Positions 36,892-46,238 of a stretch of 64,000 bases of DNA are shown here, in pieces. The notes under the pieces were generated by a model. That model did not search any database and had not been told where the DNA came from. It saw only the letters and a program-made list of their open reading frames with translations. The DNA is from an uncultured Anaerolineaceae bacterium (lineage in GTDB: Bacteria > Chloroflexota > Anaerolineae > Aggregatilineales > Phototrophicaceae). Numbering within the stretch: position 1 is the stretch's first letter; every line of letters starts with the position of its first letter. The stretch spans positions 31,965 to 95,964 of the forward strand of contig CAZJSU010000003.1 of the NCBI GenBank assembly GCA_964548765.1, read 5' to 3'. The position numbers and the translations under genes were made by a program.

Positions 36892-38367
36892 ATGGAAGGA
36901 ATTCTGGCGGCTGTAGGGATACCAGTAGTGTTACTGATTATCGCCATCGCGCTGGTCGCGTTCGTTGCCAGCCACTACCACCGCGTACCGCCTAACGAGG
37001 TCATGGTGGTTTACGGGCGCAAGGAGCAGCGCCTTATCACCAGCGGCGGCGTGTTCGTCGTGCCGATTCTGGAAACCTACAAAACACTGGATGTCACCAT
37101 CATGACGATCAAGACCGAAAAGGACGAGGTCTACACCGTCAACGGGGTTCCCATCCAGCTAGACTGGGTGGCGCAGGTGCAGATTGACAGCGAGACAGAC
37201 GCGCTCAAGACCGCTGCCCGCGCTTTTCTGGATAAAACGCGCGACGAAATCCGGCAGGTCATCATGGAAACCCTGAGCGCGAACTTTCGCGCCATCGTCG
37301 GCCAGATGAGCGTCGAGGCCATCCACCGCGACCGCGACGACTTCATCCAGCGCGTGCAGGACCTCGCGGCGGACGACGTGGCCGCGATGGGTGTACGCAT
37401 CATTTCGATGGGTATCGAGGAGATCAGCGATAACGAGGGCTACCTTCAGGCGATGGCCGCCCCACAGATCGCGGCGGTCAAGCGGGATGCCACCATCGCG
37501 CAGGCCGAGGCCGAGCGTGCCGCGCGTATCAAGGCCGCCGAGGCCAAGCGCGAGGCCGAGCAGGCCGAGCTAAACGCCCAGCGCGAAATCCTGCAGCAGC
37601 GCGAAGCGCTTTCCCTGCGCGAAGTCGAGGTCAACAAGCGCGTAGACATCGAGAAGGCCGCTTCTGATCAGGAAGTGCAGCAGCGGCGCGCGCTGGCTGT
37701 GGAGCAGCAGCAGGAGGCCGAAATACTTGTTCCGGCGCGCGCTGCCCGTCAGGCCGCCGAAATCCGCGCCGAGGCCGAGCGTCGGCGGATCGAGATCGAA
37801 GCCGAAGCGCAGGCGAAGGCGGTGCGCGAACAGGCGCAGGCCGATGCCGAAGCCACCGAGCGCAAAGGCCGGGCCGAGGCCGCCGCTTTGCAGGCTGCCA
37901 GAATGGCCGAGGCCGAAGGTGTGAAGGCCAACCTGCTGGCCGAAGCCGAAGGCCGCCGCGAACTGGCCGCTGCCACCGCCGCCGAAGACTCGATCAACCT
38001 GCGCCAGTTCATCGTCGAGCAGGTGACGCAGGCCGATGTCGCTAAGGCCGAAGCCATCGCGCAGGCGCTGGCCGGGCTGGGCGGGAATGTGCGCGTGGTG
38101 CAGTTCGGCAACGGGGGCGGTAGTAACGGTCACAACGGCAATGCGTTTGTTGACCTGCTGATGAACATCCCCGAACTAGCCGAGATGTTCCGTACCAAAG
38201 TCGAAGCCCTCAACGGCGAGGACTTTGCCGAAACCATGACCCGCATGGCGCAGTTGTTCAAGAGCCTGCAGGAAGCCGACACCCACACCGTCACCGCCAC
38301 GCCGACCACCAACGGCACGACCAACCACCTCGACGCGCCCGCAGCAGCGGCAGCGGACAGCGAATAA
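36892..38367 (+). CDS. Flotillin/SPFH (band-7) family protein with a long Glu/Ala-rich coiled-coil.
   Basis: N-terminal TM and SPFH domain (VMVVYGRKEQRLITSGGVFVVPILETY), then EA-repeat coiled-coil. Confidence 0.85.
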   Translation: MEGILAAVGIPVVLLIIAIALVAFVASHYHRVPPNEVMVVYGRKEQRLITSGGVFVVPILETYKTLDVTIMTIKTEKDEVYTVNGVPIQLDWVAQVQIDSETDALKTAARAFLDKTRDEIRQVIMETLSANFRAIVGQMSVEAIHRDRDDFIQRVQDLAADDVAAMGVRIISMGIEEISDNEGYLQAMAAPQIAAVKRDATIAQAEAERAARIKAAEAKREAEQAELNAQREILQQREALSLREVEVNKRVDIEKAASDQEVQQRRALAVEQQQEAEILVPARAARQAAEIRAEAERRRIEIEAEAQAKAVREQAQADAEATERKGRAEAAALQAARMAEAEGVKANLLAEAEGRRELAAATAAEDSINLRQFIVEQVTQADVAKAEAIAQALAGLGGNVRVVQFGNGGGSNGHNGNAFVDLLMNIPELAEMFRTKVEALNGEDFAETMTRMAQLFKSLQEADTHTVTATPTTNGTTNHLDAPAAAAADSE

Positions 38368-38377
38368 CACGGTCACT

Positions 38378-38410
38378 TCAGGGGCGCTGCACAGCGCCCC
38401 TTTGTTTGGC
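38378..38410 (+). terminator. Intrinsic terminator after the flotillin gene.
   Basis: aggggcgctg cac agcgcccc tttgtttgg. Confidence 0.6.
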
Positions 38411-38478
38411 AATCCCCACTGTCAAAAGGAATTTTGTTATATACTGAGAACGCATAAAGCAAATTATGATGACGGACT

Positions 38479-39114
38479 ATGCAAAGCCGCCGCGAACAGA
38501 CACGCATCAACCAGCTTACCTCCACCTACAGCCCGGACGACCCGCCGCGCCTGCCGCTTGATTTTGGCGATTACCTGTCGCTGGTGTGGCGCATTGACCA
38601 GCACGCCCAGCAGCCCGCTAAGGTGAAGTACTACCGCCGCTGCGCGCTGGCACTGGCGCAGGGGATGGGCATCAAAGGCCGCAGCATCCTGCGTCTGGTC
38701 GAGGTCACGCCCCCCGGCGCGCTGTACCAGCAGCTTCCCAACGCGCCCTATCGCGGCACCGCCCGGCTGGTAGACGCGCACGACCGCAAGGCCGCCATCC
38801 GCCAGTTGGTTGATCTGCGTGCCGACGTGCTGCGAATCGGCACTTATCAGGAGCAGTGGCCGGTTAGTTGGCCGGGCAGCGGCATTCTCGATACCGAACT
38901 GCGCGAGCGCGTCTTTGCGGTCTTATTCACCGCTTTGCAGGGCCAGTTCAGCAGCTTTGGCCGCCTGCTGCTGGTGGTGGATATTGTGCTTTCAGACCTG
39001 CTGCTCGGCTTCCAGCCGCCACAGGAGCTGCCGCTGGCACAGTTAATTGCCGACTATGGCTACCCAGACCCAACCGACGACAGAGTGCGGCAGGACTACC
39101 TGAGCGACGTTTAG
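38479..39114 (+). CDS. Hypothetical protein.
   Basis: 211-aa ORF with a stop adjacent to the convergent BON gene. Confidence 0.5.
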   Translation: MQSRREQTRINQLTSTYSPDDPPRLPLDFGDYLSLVWRIDQHAQQPAKVKYYRRCALALAQGMGIKGRSILRLVEVTPPGALYQQLPNAPYRGTARLVDAHDRKAAIRQLVDLRADVLRIGTYQEQWPVSWPGSGILDTELRERVFAVLFTALQGQFSSFGRLLLVVDIVLSDLLLGFQPPQELPLAQLIADYGYPDPTDDRVRQDYLSDV

Positions 39115-39545
39115 CGCGGCTTCAAAAAGCTCGTTCGCACCGCGCGGACACCCGGCAGCGCCTCAACCTGGCTCACCAGCGCGCGCTCGTTCGTCCCGTC
39201 TGGCAAGCGCCCGGTGAGGATGACCACGCCGTATTCCACCGTCACCAGCACCCCGACTGGGATCACCTGCCCCACGTCCAGCCGCAGCGTCCCGTCATCG
39301 TAAAGCTGGCTGTAATCCAGCGATTTCACACCCGGCAGCCCCTGAACGGTTTCGGTGATGTAGCGCTTGGTAATCCCCGTTCTGACATGACCAGCAAGCG
39401 TGACCGCGCCATCATCAACCGTGTAATGCAGGTAATCCCGGTCATTCACCATCGGCGGGTACATACTGAGCAGATTATCAATATCCGCCGCGATGTCCAC
39501 ATCAGCGCGCGGCACCACACTGACAGACGTTACTTCTTCAGCCAT
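39111..39545 (-). CDS. BON-domain protein (two BON repeats).
   Basis: The pattern ..V.G.V..G.VTL.G.V is seen twice, for example GVLVTVEYGVVILTGRL and YTVDDGAVTLAGHV. Confidence 0.65.
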   Translation of the reverse strand: MAEEVTSVSVVPRADVDIAADIDNLLSMYPPMVNDRDYLHYTVDDGAVTLAGHVRTGITKRYITETVQGLPGVKSLDYSQLYDDGTLRLDVGQVIPVGVLVTVEYGVVILTGRLPDGTNERALVSQVEALPGVRAVRTSFLKPR

Positions 39546-39655
39546 AATTGCGCTCCCTACTCGACCCTAAAACTGCGTTATATTGTGGCTTAAGCGCGGT
39601 CAAATTGCTACGTCCGCTTAAGGACGCTGCTGGCAACTCATGAAATGGTAATCTC

Positions 39656-39826
39656 TGTAGGGGCAGGTCGGGACTTGCCAGGGCGAAGCGGCGCTTCGCC
39701 CCTACAGGATGTCTACCCGTGTCCGGTTCGCCAGCACCGTCCTTAATTTTTTCAATCCACGCAACGTTGGTTATACTAGCGCCCGGTTCAAACATTGTGA
39801 TCTGTGTAGGGGAGGGTTTAAAACCC
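39656..39826. repeat. Intergenic cluster of nested palindromic repeats (GTAGGGGCAGG..GGCGAAGCGGCGCTTCGCCCCTAC and GGAGGGTTTAAAACCCTCCC), plus TATACT -10-like hexamers.
   Basis: Seen in the 352-bp region upstream of the ABC transporter operon. Confidence 0.6.
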
Positions 39827-39897
39827 TCCCTTGCTGTAAGTATACTATGGATATGTTATATGTATTGTAATTATGCGGGTTTTGTAAGGGCGCGTCC

Positions 39898-41454
39898 ATG
39901 AACGAAACGCCAGCATCAGAAGTACCTGTACTGGAAGTGCGCGGCCTGACCAAACGCTTCCCCGGTGTCCTCGCCAATGACCATATTGACCTCAAGCTCT
40001 ATAAGGGTCAGGTGCTTGGGCTGCTGGGCGAAAACGGCGCGGGCAAATCCACCCTGATGAATATGATCTACGGCCTGTACACGCCCGACGAAGGCGAGAT
40101 TCTGGTCAACGGGCAGCCTGTGCAGATTAAAGACCCCAATGATGCTATCGCGCTCGGCATCGGCATGGTGCATCAGCACTTCCAGCTTGTCCCGGTGCTG
40201 ACAGTGACCGAAAACATCATGCTTGGCAACGAGTCGGTGCGCGGCATCTTTCTGGATCGCCGTGCCGCCCGCCAGCGCATCCTCGACATCGCCGAGCAGT
40301 ACGGCCTGCGCGTCAACCCGGACGCGCTGGTAGAAGACCTGCCTGTCGGCGTGCAGCAGCGCGTCGAGATCATCAAGGCGCTCTATCGCAGCGCAGACAT
40401 CCTCATTCTGGACGAGCCGACCGCCGTGCTGACTCCGCAGGAGGCCGAGGGGCTGTTTCACATCATGCGTACCCTCATCGAGCGCGGCGTAAGCATCATT
40501 TTCATCTCGCACAAGCTCAAGGAAATCCTCGAAATCTGCGATCATGTCACGGTGCTGCGCGGCGGCAGGGTCGTCGGCCATGCCGACCCTCAACAGTCCA
40601 CTCAGGCATCACTGGCCTCGCTGATGGTCGGGCGCGACGTAATCTTGCAGGTGGACAAGGACGAGGCCACGCCCGGCGATCCTGTGCTGAACATCAGCGG
40701 CCTGTACGTCCGCGATGACCGCGACCTGCCCATAGTGAAGGACCTGTCGCTGGAGGTGCGCGCCGGGGAAATTCTGGGCATCGCCGGGGTGCAGGGCAAC
40801 GGCCAGACCGAACTGGTGGAGGCGATCACCGGGCTGCGCCCGCCAGAAAGCGGGCATATCTCCATTGAAGGCAAGGACGTGACGCATTACACCCCGCGCC
40901 AGATCACCGAAAGCGGCGTGGCGCACGTGCCGGAAGACCGCCGCAAGGATGGCATGGTCGCCAGCTTTCCGATCAAGGATAACCTCGTCCTGCAAACCTA
41001 CTACATCAAACCGTTCTCTCGCGGCATCCTTGCCAACGAAGAAGCGAAGGACGAAAACGCCCGCCGTCTTGTCGAGCAGTACGATGTACGCACGCCGAGC
41101 ATCTACGTCAACATAGACAACCTCAGCGGCGGCAACCAGCAAAAGACCATCATCGCCCGCGAGTTCTCGCGCCCCAGCCGCCTGCTGGTCGTCGCCCAGC
41201 CCACGCGCGGCCTCGATGTCGGCTCGATCGAGTTCATCCACAAGCAGATTGTCGCCATGCGCGACGCGGGGACGGCGGTGCTGCTCGTCTCGGCAGAACT
41301 GGACGAAATCCTCTCGCTGGCAGACCGCGTGGCGGTGATGTACGACGGGCAGATTATTGACACGCTGCCCATTGAGGAAGCCGACCGCGAACGGGTCGGC
41401 CTGCTGATGGCGGGGGTCAAACAGCAGCAGGAGGTAAGCATCGAACATGACTGA
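39898..41454 (+). CDS. ABC transporter ATP-binding protein with duplicated ATPase domains (BMP/nucleoside-sugar type).
   Basis: Two Walker A motifs (GENGAGKST, GVQGNGQTE) and two signature or signature-like motifs (LSGGNQQK). Confidence 0.9.
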   Translation: MNETPASEVPVLEVRGLTKRFPGVLANDHIDLKLYKGQVLGLLGENGAGKSTLMNMIYGLYTPDEGEILVNGQPVQIKDPNDAIALGIGMVHQHFQLVPVLTVTENIMLGNESVRGIFLDRRAARQRILDIAEQYGLRVNPDALVEDLPVGVQQRVEIIKALYRSADILILDEPTAVLTPQEAEGLFHIMRTLIERGVSIIFISHKLKEILEICDHVTVLRGGRVVGHADPQQSTQASLASLMVGRDVILQVDKDEATPGDPVLNISGLYVRDDRDLPIVKDLSLEVRAGEILGIAGVQGNGQTELVEAITGLRPPESGHISIEGKDVTHYTPRQITESGVAHVPEDRRKDGMVASFPIKDNLVLQTYYIKPFSRGILANEEAKDENARRLVEQYDVRTPSIYVNIDNLSGGNQQKTIIAREFSRPSRLLVVAQPTRGLDVGSIEFIHKQIVAMRDAGTAVLLVSAELDEILSLADRVAVMYDGQIIDTLPIEEADRERVGLLMAGVKQQQEVSIEHD

Positions 41455-43630
41455 AAGCAGCTTGCGCCGTCCGGGCGTTCTTGAGTCAATCGGGCAAAGC
41501 TGGCGCTGGGTGTCGCCGCGCCTTGTGCCGCTGCTGGCGATCATCACCGCTTTTCTGATCGGCATCCCCTTCATGATTGTGACAGGCGGGCGCGGGGATA
41601 TTGGTCGCGGCCTGACGATTGCCGGGCAGGCTTACAGCGCCCTCATCGAAGGCTCTACCGGGCTGGTCATTAACGATCAGGTATCGCCCGACGACCTTCA
41701 GCTTGCGGCACAGTTAGCCGCCACCAGGCCGCTTACCACCAGCGACCTGACAGGCCTTTCGCGCGCCATCACAGGCGTTGCCGAAAACGGCATCGAAAAT
41801 GTGCGGCGTTACGGCGCGGTCATCGCTGCGGTCGGCGAGGACGTGCTGGCTGGCACGGGCGAGGTCAACCCCGATGTCGAGCGCATCGGCGCGGAAACCT
41901 TACAGGCCATGCGCCCGCTGGTGGAAGACCTCCTCCAGCAGCCGCGCGGCGATGTACGCCGCCTCGCTGACCCCTATCTGACGCGCACCACGCTTACGCC
42001 CGAAGACCGCGCCGCCATCGAAGCGGTTGCGCCCTCTGCCGCTGGCTACAGCGACGACGACCTGCTGGCCTATATGCGCGTGGTCAATGCCGAGGGCATC
42101 GCCAGCCTGGGCGAATTGGTGCAGCAGGCCGCGCCTGCGGAAACGGTCGAACTGGACGAGGAAACGGCGGCCATCGTCGAACAGATCAACCAGATCGGGC
42201 TGGACACCGTGCGCGAACTGGTCGCCACACAGCAGCTTTTAGACGAAGCAGGCGTGACCAGCTTGATCGCCGCCTCGGAGCAGGTGCTGCTGGCACGCCG
42301 CCTGTACGACGCGGGCTTGTTTAGCGAGCCGGACGTGTACACCGCGCTCACCACCGAACTGGACACAGTGACGACGGCTAATCTGGTCGTGCGCCGCCCC
42401 GGCAACCGTGTGCTTGCCATCAACAGCAGCGACAGCGCGGGCATTCAATACACCAGCAGCGACAGGCCATCCACCCTTTACCTGCGCCTCGGCGGTAACG
42501 CCCTGCTGTTCTTCCCGGCCAACCTTGAGGCGACCATCGTGCGCGCCATCCCCTATATCATCGCCGGGCTGGCGGTGGCGCTGGCTTTTAAGGCCGGCCT
42601 GTTTAACATCGGCGCGGAGGGGCAGCTTTACATCGGCGCGACCTTCGCGGTCTGGATCGGCTATTCGGCCATCTTCGAGAACCTCCCGACAGTCGTACAT
42701 CTGCTGCTGATCGTCATCGCCGGGCTGCTCGGCGGGCTGCTCTGGGGCGCGATCCCCGGCGCGCTGAAAGCCTTCAGCGGCGCGCACGAGGTCATCACCA
42801 CCATCATGCTCAACTTTATCGCCATTCTGCTGGTGGACTGGCTGATTAAATCCGTTGACCCGATCATCATGCAGGACCCCACCGCCAGCATCCCACGCAC
42901 CCCGTTTATCAACGAGAGCGCGCGCCTGCCCGTCTTCAGCCAGATTGACCCGCTGTGGTTTATGCTGGCGGGCGTTGTGGTGGCAGCGGTGGGGCTGTTC
43001 TTGCGGCGCGGGCTGCTGGCGCAGGACATCCGCGCGGCGCTGCGCCCGGTGGTGCTGGGGCTGCTGGTCGCGCTGGGGGGGCTGCTGCTGTCGTGGCTTG
43101 CCGTGCGCGATAACCTCCATTTGGGGCTGGTCATTACCGTGATTGCCGTCTGGTTTACCGACTGGTTTCTGGAGCGCACGACCTTCGGCTTCGAGCTGCG
43201 GACTGTCGGCGCGAACCCGGATGCCGCCCATTACGCTGGTATGAGCGTCCCCCGCAACCTTATTCTGGCGATGGCGCTCAGCGGGGCGCTGGCTGGGCTA
43301 GCCGGGACGGTGCAGGTCAGCGGTGTACAGTTCAACATGCAGCCGTCCTTCTTCGCCGGGCTGGGCTTCGACGCGATCGCGGTCGCGCTGCTGGCACGCA
43401 CCAACCCGCGCAACATGATTCCGGCAGGGCTGCTGTGGGGCGCGCTGCTCACGGGCGCTGGCCTCATGCAGATCAACGCCAATATCTCGGTAGACCTTGT
43501 GCGGATTATTCAGGCATTGATTATCATGTTCATCGCCGCCGATGCGATCATCCGCTATCTGTGGCGTGTCCCCGAAACAGGCGAGGATGACAACTTGACA
43601 ACGGTATTCTCCAAAGGGTGGGGAGGCTGA
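41447..43630 (+). CDS. ABC transporter permease, BMP family (YufP-like), with a ~300-aa insertion between TM1 and the TM bundle.
   Basis: 727 aa, roughly double the usual ~350 aa. TM1 is near residue 25 and the core permease starts around residue 330. Confidence 0.8.
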   Translation: MTESSLRRPGVLESIGQSWRWVSPRLVPLLAIITAFLIGIPFMIVTGGRGDIGRGLTIAGQAYSALIEGSTGLVINDQVSPDDLQLAAQLAATRPLTTSDLTGLSRAITGVAENGIENVRRYGAVIAAVGEDVLAGTGEVNPDVERIGAETLQAMRPLVEDLLQQPRGDVRRLADPYLTRTTLTPEDRAAIEAVAPSAAGYSDDDLLAYMRVVNAEGIASLGELVQQAAPAETVELDEETAAIVEQINQIGLDTVRELVATQQLLDEAGVTSLIAASEQVLLARRLYDAGLFSEPDVYTALTTELDTVTTANLVVRRPGNRVLAINSSDSAGIQYTSSDRPSTLYLRLGGNALLFFPANLEATIVRAIPYIIAGLAVALAFKAGLFNIGAEGQLYIGATFAVWIGYSAIFENLPTVVHLLLIVIAGLLGGLLWGAIPGALKAFSGAHEVITTIMLNFIAILLVDWLIKSVDPIIMQDPTASIPRTPFINESARLPVFSQIDPLWFMLAGVVVAAVGLFLRRGLLAQDIRAALRPVVLGLLVALGGLLLSWLAVRDNLHLGLVITVIAVWFTDWFLERTTFGFELRTVGANPDAAHYAGMSVPRNLILAMALSGALAGLAGTVQVSGVQFNMQPSFFAGLGFDAIAVALLARTNPRNMIPAGLLWGALLTGAGLMQINANISVDLVRIIQALIIMFIAADAIIRYLWRVPETGEDDNLTTVFSKGWGG

Positions 43631-43633
43631 TAC

Positions 43634-44941
43634 GTGGCAACAGTGGAAACCCCCTTGCAAAGCGGCGTGGAAGAAACCCCCGGCTGGCGCGAACGCCTGC
43701 GGGTGACACGCACAGGCGTTTTTGCCATCATTTTTCTGCTGGTCGGGCTGCTGTTCCTGCAATCCGCCGCTAATTTTGCCGAAGAAACCACCCGCCTCAC
43801 CTTTGGCGCTGCGCCCGGCGGCGGGCAGATCATACTCGCTATCCCGGTGGCCGCTTACCTCAGCGTGGTGGCGATCATTTACCTGTTAAGCGGGGTCGTC
43901 GGGCTTGTCCCGCTGCCCGCGCTGGATCGTCTCAAGTTCTGGCTGCTGCTGCTTTGCGGTATTCTGATCTTCCCCACCGTCCTCATCGCCGCCGCTGCCG
44001 GGCAAACCACCAACGCGGTCAGCATGATCGAGCAGAGTTTACGGCTGGCGACCCCTATCGTCATCGGCGCGCTGGCGGGCATCTGGTGCGAGCGTTCCGG
44101 CGTGGTCAATATCGCCATCGAGGGCATGATGCTCACCGGGGCCTGCCTCGGCTTCATCGGCTATACGCTGCTGCTGCCCTATATGGACAGCCAGGCCGGG
44201 CTGTTCCTCGGTGTCATCATCGCCATGCTGGCGGGCGGCCTCATGGCGATGCTCCATGCGTGGCTTTCGATCACCTTCAAGACCAACCAGATCGTCAGCG
44301 GCACGGTCATTAACATTCTGGCGCTCGGCCTGACCAGCTTCCTACGCCGCGAGGTGCTGCTCAGCGCCGCCGATGCCGGGCGCGAAACGCTGCCCATCCT
44401 GCCCATCCCCGTGCTGTCAGACATCCCCATCGTCGGCCCCGTCCTCTTTAACGGCAAGCCCATCTTTTACCTGATGTTCGTGCTGCTGGTTGTCACCCAT
44501 GTCATGCTGTTCTATACGCGCTGGGGGCTGCGTACCCGCGCGGTGGGCGAAAACCCGCACGCAGCCGACACGCTGGGCATCAACGTCCTGCGTATCCGCT
44601 GGATTAACGTCATCATCGGCGGCATGATCGCCGGGCTGGCCGGGGCGTGGCTCTCGCTGGAAACCACAGGCACCTTTGACGACAACATGACCGCCGGGCG
44701 TGGCTTTATCGGGCTGGCGGCGATGATCTTCGGCAAGTGGCTGCCGTTTGGCGCGTTTGGCGGGGGGCTGCTCTTCGGCTTTTCCAGCGCGCTGGAAACC
44801 CGCTTCCAGATTCTCGGCGTAGACCTGCCGCCGCAGTTTTTACAGATGATCCCCTATATCGTCACGATTGTCGTGCTGGCCGGGCTGGTGGGCAGGGCGA
44901 CCCCACCCAAGGCCGATGGTGTGCCATTTGAGAAGGAGTGA
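43634..44941 (+). CDS. ABC transporter permease, BMP family (YufQ-like).
   Basis: 435-aa polytopic protein. GTG start with a GGAGG SD. Confidence 0.85.
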   Translation: MATVETPLQSGVEETPGWRERLRVTRTGVFAIIFLLVGLLFLQSAANFAEETTRLTFGAAPGGGQIILAIPVAAYLSVVAIIYLLSGVVGLVPLPALDRLKFWLLLLCGILIFPTVLIAAAAGQTTNAVSMIEQSLRLATPIVIGALAGIWCERSGVVNIAIEGMMLTGACLGFIGYTLLLPYMDSQAGLFLGVIIAMLAGGLMAMLHAWLSITFKTNQIVSGTVINILALGLTSFLRREVLLSAADAGRETLPILPIPVLSDIPIVGPVLFNGKPIFYLMFVLLVVTHVMLFYTRWGLRTRAVGENPHAADTLGINVLRIRWINVIIGGMIAGLAGAWLSLETTGTFDDNMTAGRGFIGLAAMIFGKWLPFGAFGGGLLFGFSSALETRFQILGVDLPPQFLQMIPYIVTIVVLAGLVGRATPPKADGVPFEKE

Positions 44942-44944
44942 CCC

Positions 44945-45904
44945 ATGACTCTCTACCCTCTGCTGCTAGACCCGGCGCTGCATGTCAAAGTCTGGGGCGG
45001 GCGCAAGCTGGAAACTCTGTTGAACAAGACGCTGCCCACCGATGAGCCTTACGGCGAATCGTGGGAGATGCACGACAGCGCGAAGGTCGCCAACGGCGAA
45101 CTGGTCGGCAAGCGCTTGAGCGAGGTACTGGCCGAGTACGGTCGTGACCTCATCGGCGCGGCCAACGACCCCGCCGACGGCCTGCCGCTGCTGGCGAAGG
45201 TGCTGGATGCTGAGCAGTGGCTTTCGGTGCAGGTGCATCCTAACGACGAGCAGGCCAAAGCGCTGGAAGACGAACCGCGCGGCAAAACCGAGGCGTGGTA
45301 TGTGCTGGCAGCGGAGCCGGGCGCGAAGCTGGTCATCGGCCTTGCGCCCGGCACCACCCCGCAGCAGATGGAACAGGCCATCCGCGATAACACGCTGGAA
45401 AAACTGCTGGTCTATGCTGACGTAGTGCCGGGAGATGTGCTGTTCGTGCGCGCCGGGACGGTTCACGCGCTTGGCGAAGGCATACTGGTGTACGAGATTC
45501 AGCAGTCCAGCGACCGGACATACCGCCTGTATGATTGGGGGCGTATGGGGCTGGATGGCAAACCGCGCCCGCTGCACATCGAAAAGAGCATCCAGGTCGC
45601 CAACCTCGACACCCTGCCAGAGATCATCCACACCGGCAGCGACCCGGCGCAGATCGTGGACATCGTTAGCAGCGATTACTTCACCACGCACCTTTACCAG
45701 CTCAACGAGGAAAACGGCACGCGCATCAACCTCGATACACAGGGCGAGCGCTTCCACTGCCTGACCTGCATCGAAGGCGCGGCCACCATCACCACGCCAG
45801 AGATGACCGTCGCGCTGGAGATGGGGCGCACCGCGCTCATCCCGGCCAATCTGGGCGCGTACTATCTCGACGGCCCGGCGCGCGTGCTGTGTTCGTTTCA
45901 GTAA
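44945..45904 (+). CDS. Type I phosphomannose isomerase-like cupin protein.
   Basis: QVHPND...E and GTVHALGEG metal-binding motifs, with an AAGGAG SD. Confidence 0.7.
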   Translation: MTLYPLLLDPALHVKVWGGRKLETLLNKTLPTDEPYGESWEMHDSAKVANGELVGKRLSEVLAEYGRDLIGAANDPADGLPLLAKVLDAEQWLSVQVHPNDEQAKALEDEPRGKTEAWYVLAAEPGAKLVIGLAPGTTPQQMEQAIRDNTLEKLLVYADVVPGDVLFVRAGTVHALGEGILVYEIQQSSDRTYRLYDWGRMGLDGKPRPLHIEKSIQVANLDTLPEIIHTGSDPAQIVDIVSSDYFTTHLYQLNEENGTRINLDTQGERFHCLTCIEGAATITTPEMTVALEMGRTALIPANLGAYYLDGPARVLCSFQ

Positions 45905-45924
45905 GGAAAACGACAGGGATAGAG

Positions 45925-46230
45925 GTGTTATACGACCACAGAGCAGACGCACTCTATATTCGGCTCACTGAGTAGATGATTATCCACTCAAAACGTGTTT
46001 CGGAAAGTGTCGCGCTTGATCTGGACGAAGCAGATCAGGTGGTCAGTATTGAAGTGCTGCATGTACGCGAATCAGGCATTGACCCGTTGGCAATGCAAAT
46101 CCTGCATGTGACCGCCGATCTGGAAGTGACTTGCCCTGACCCTGAAGCAATTCTTGCCGGGCAGCAAGCCCGCGCCGAAGCCCTGAAGCATAAACGTGAG
46201 CAGGCAAAAGCAGCGCAGGATGTGTCATAA
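45925..46230 (+). pseudogene. DUF2283-family gene interrupted by an in-frame TAG at 45973-45975. It reads VLYDHRADALYIRLTE*MIIHSKRVSESVALDLDEADQVVSIEVLH...
   Basis: The N-terminal DUF2283 hallmark (DALYIRL) is in frame with the downstream 84-aa ORF and separated from it only by a TAG. Confidence 0.5.
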
Positions 46231-46238
46231 AACCGGCA

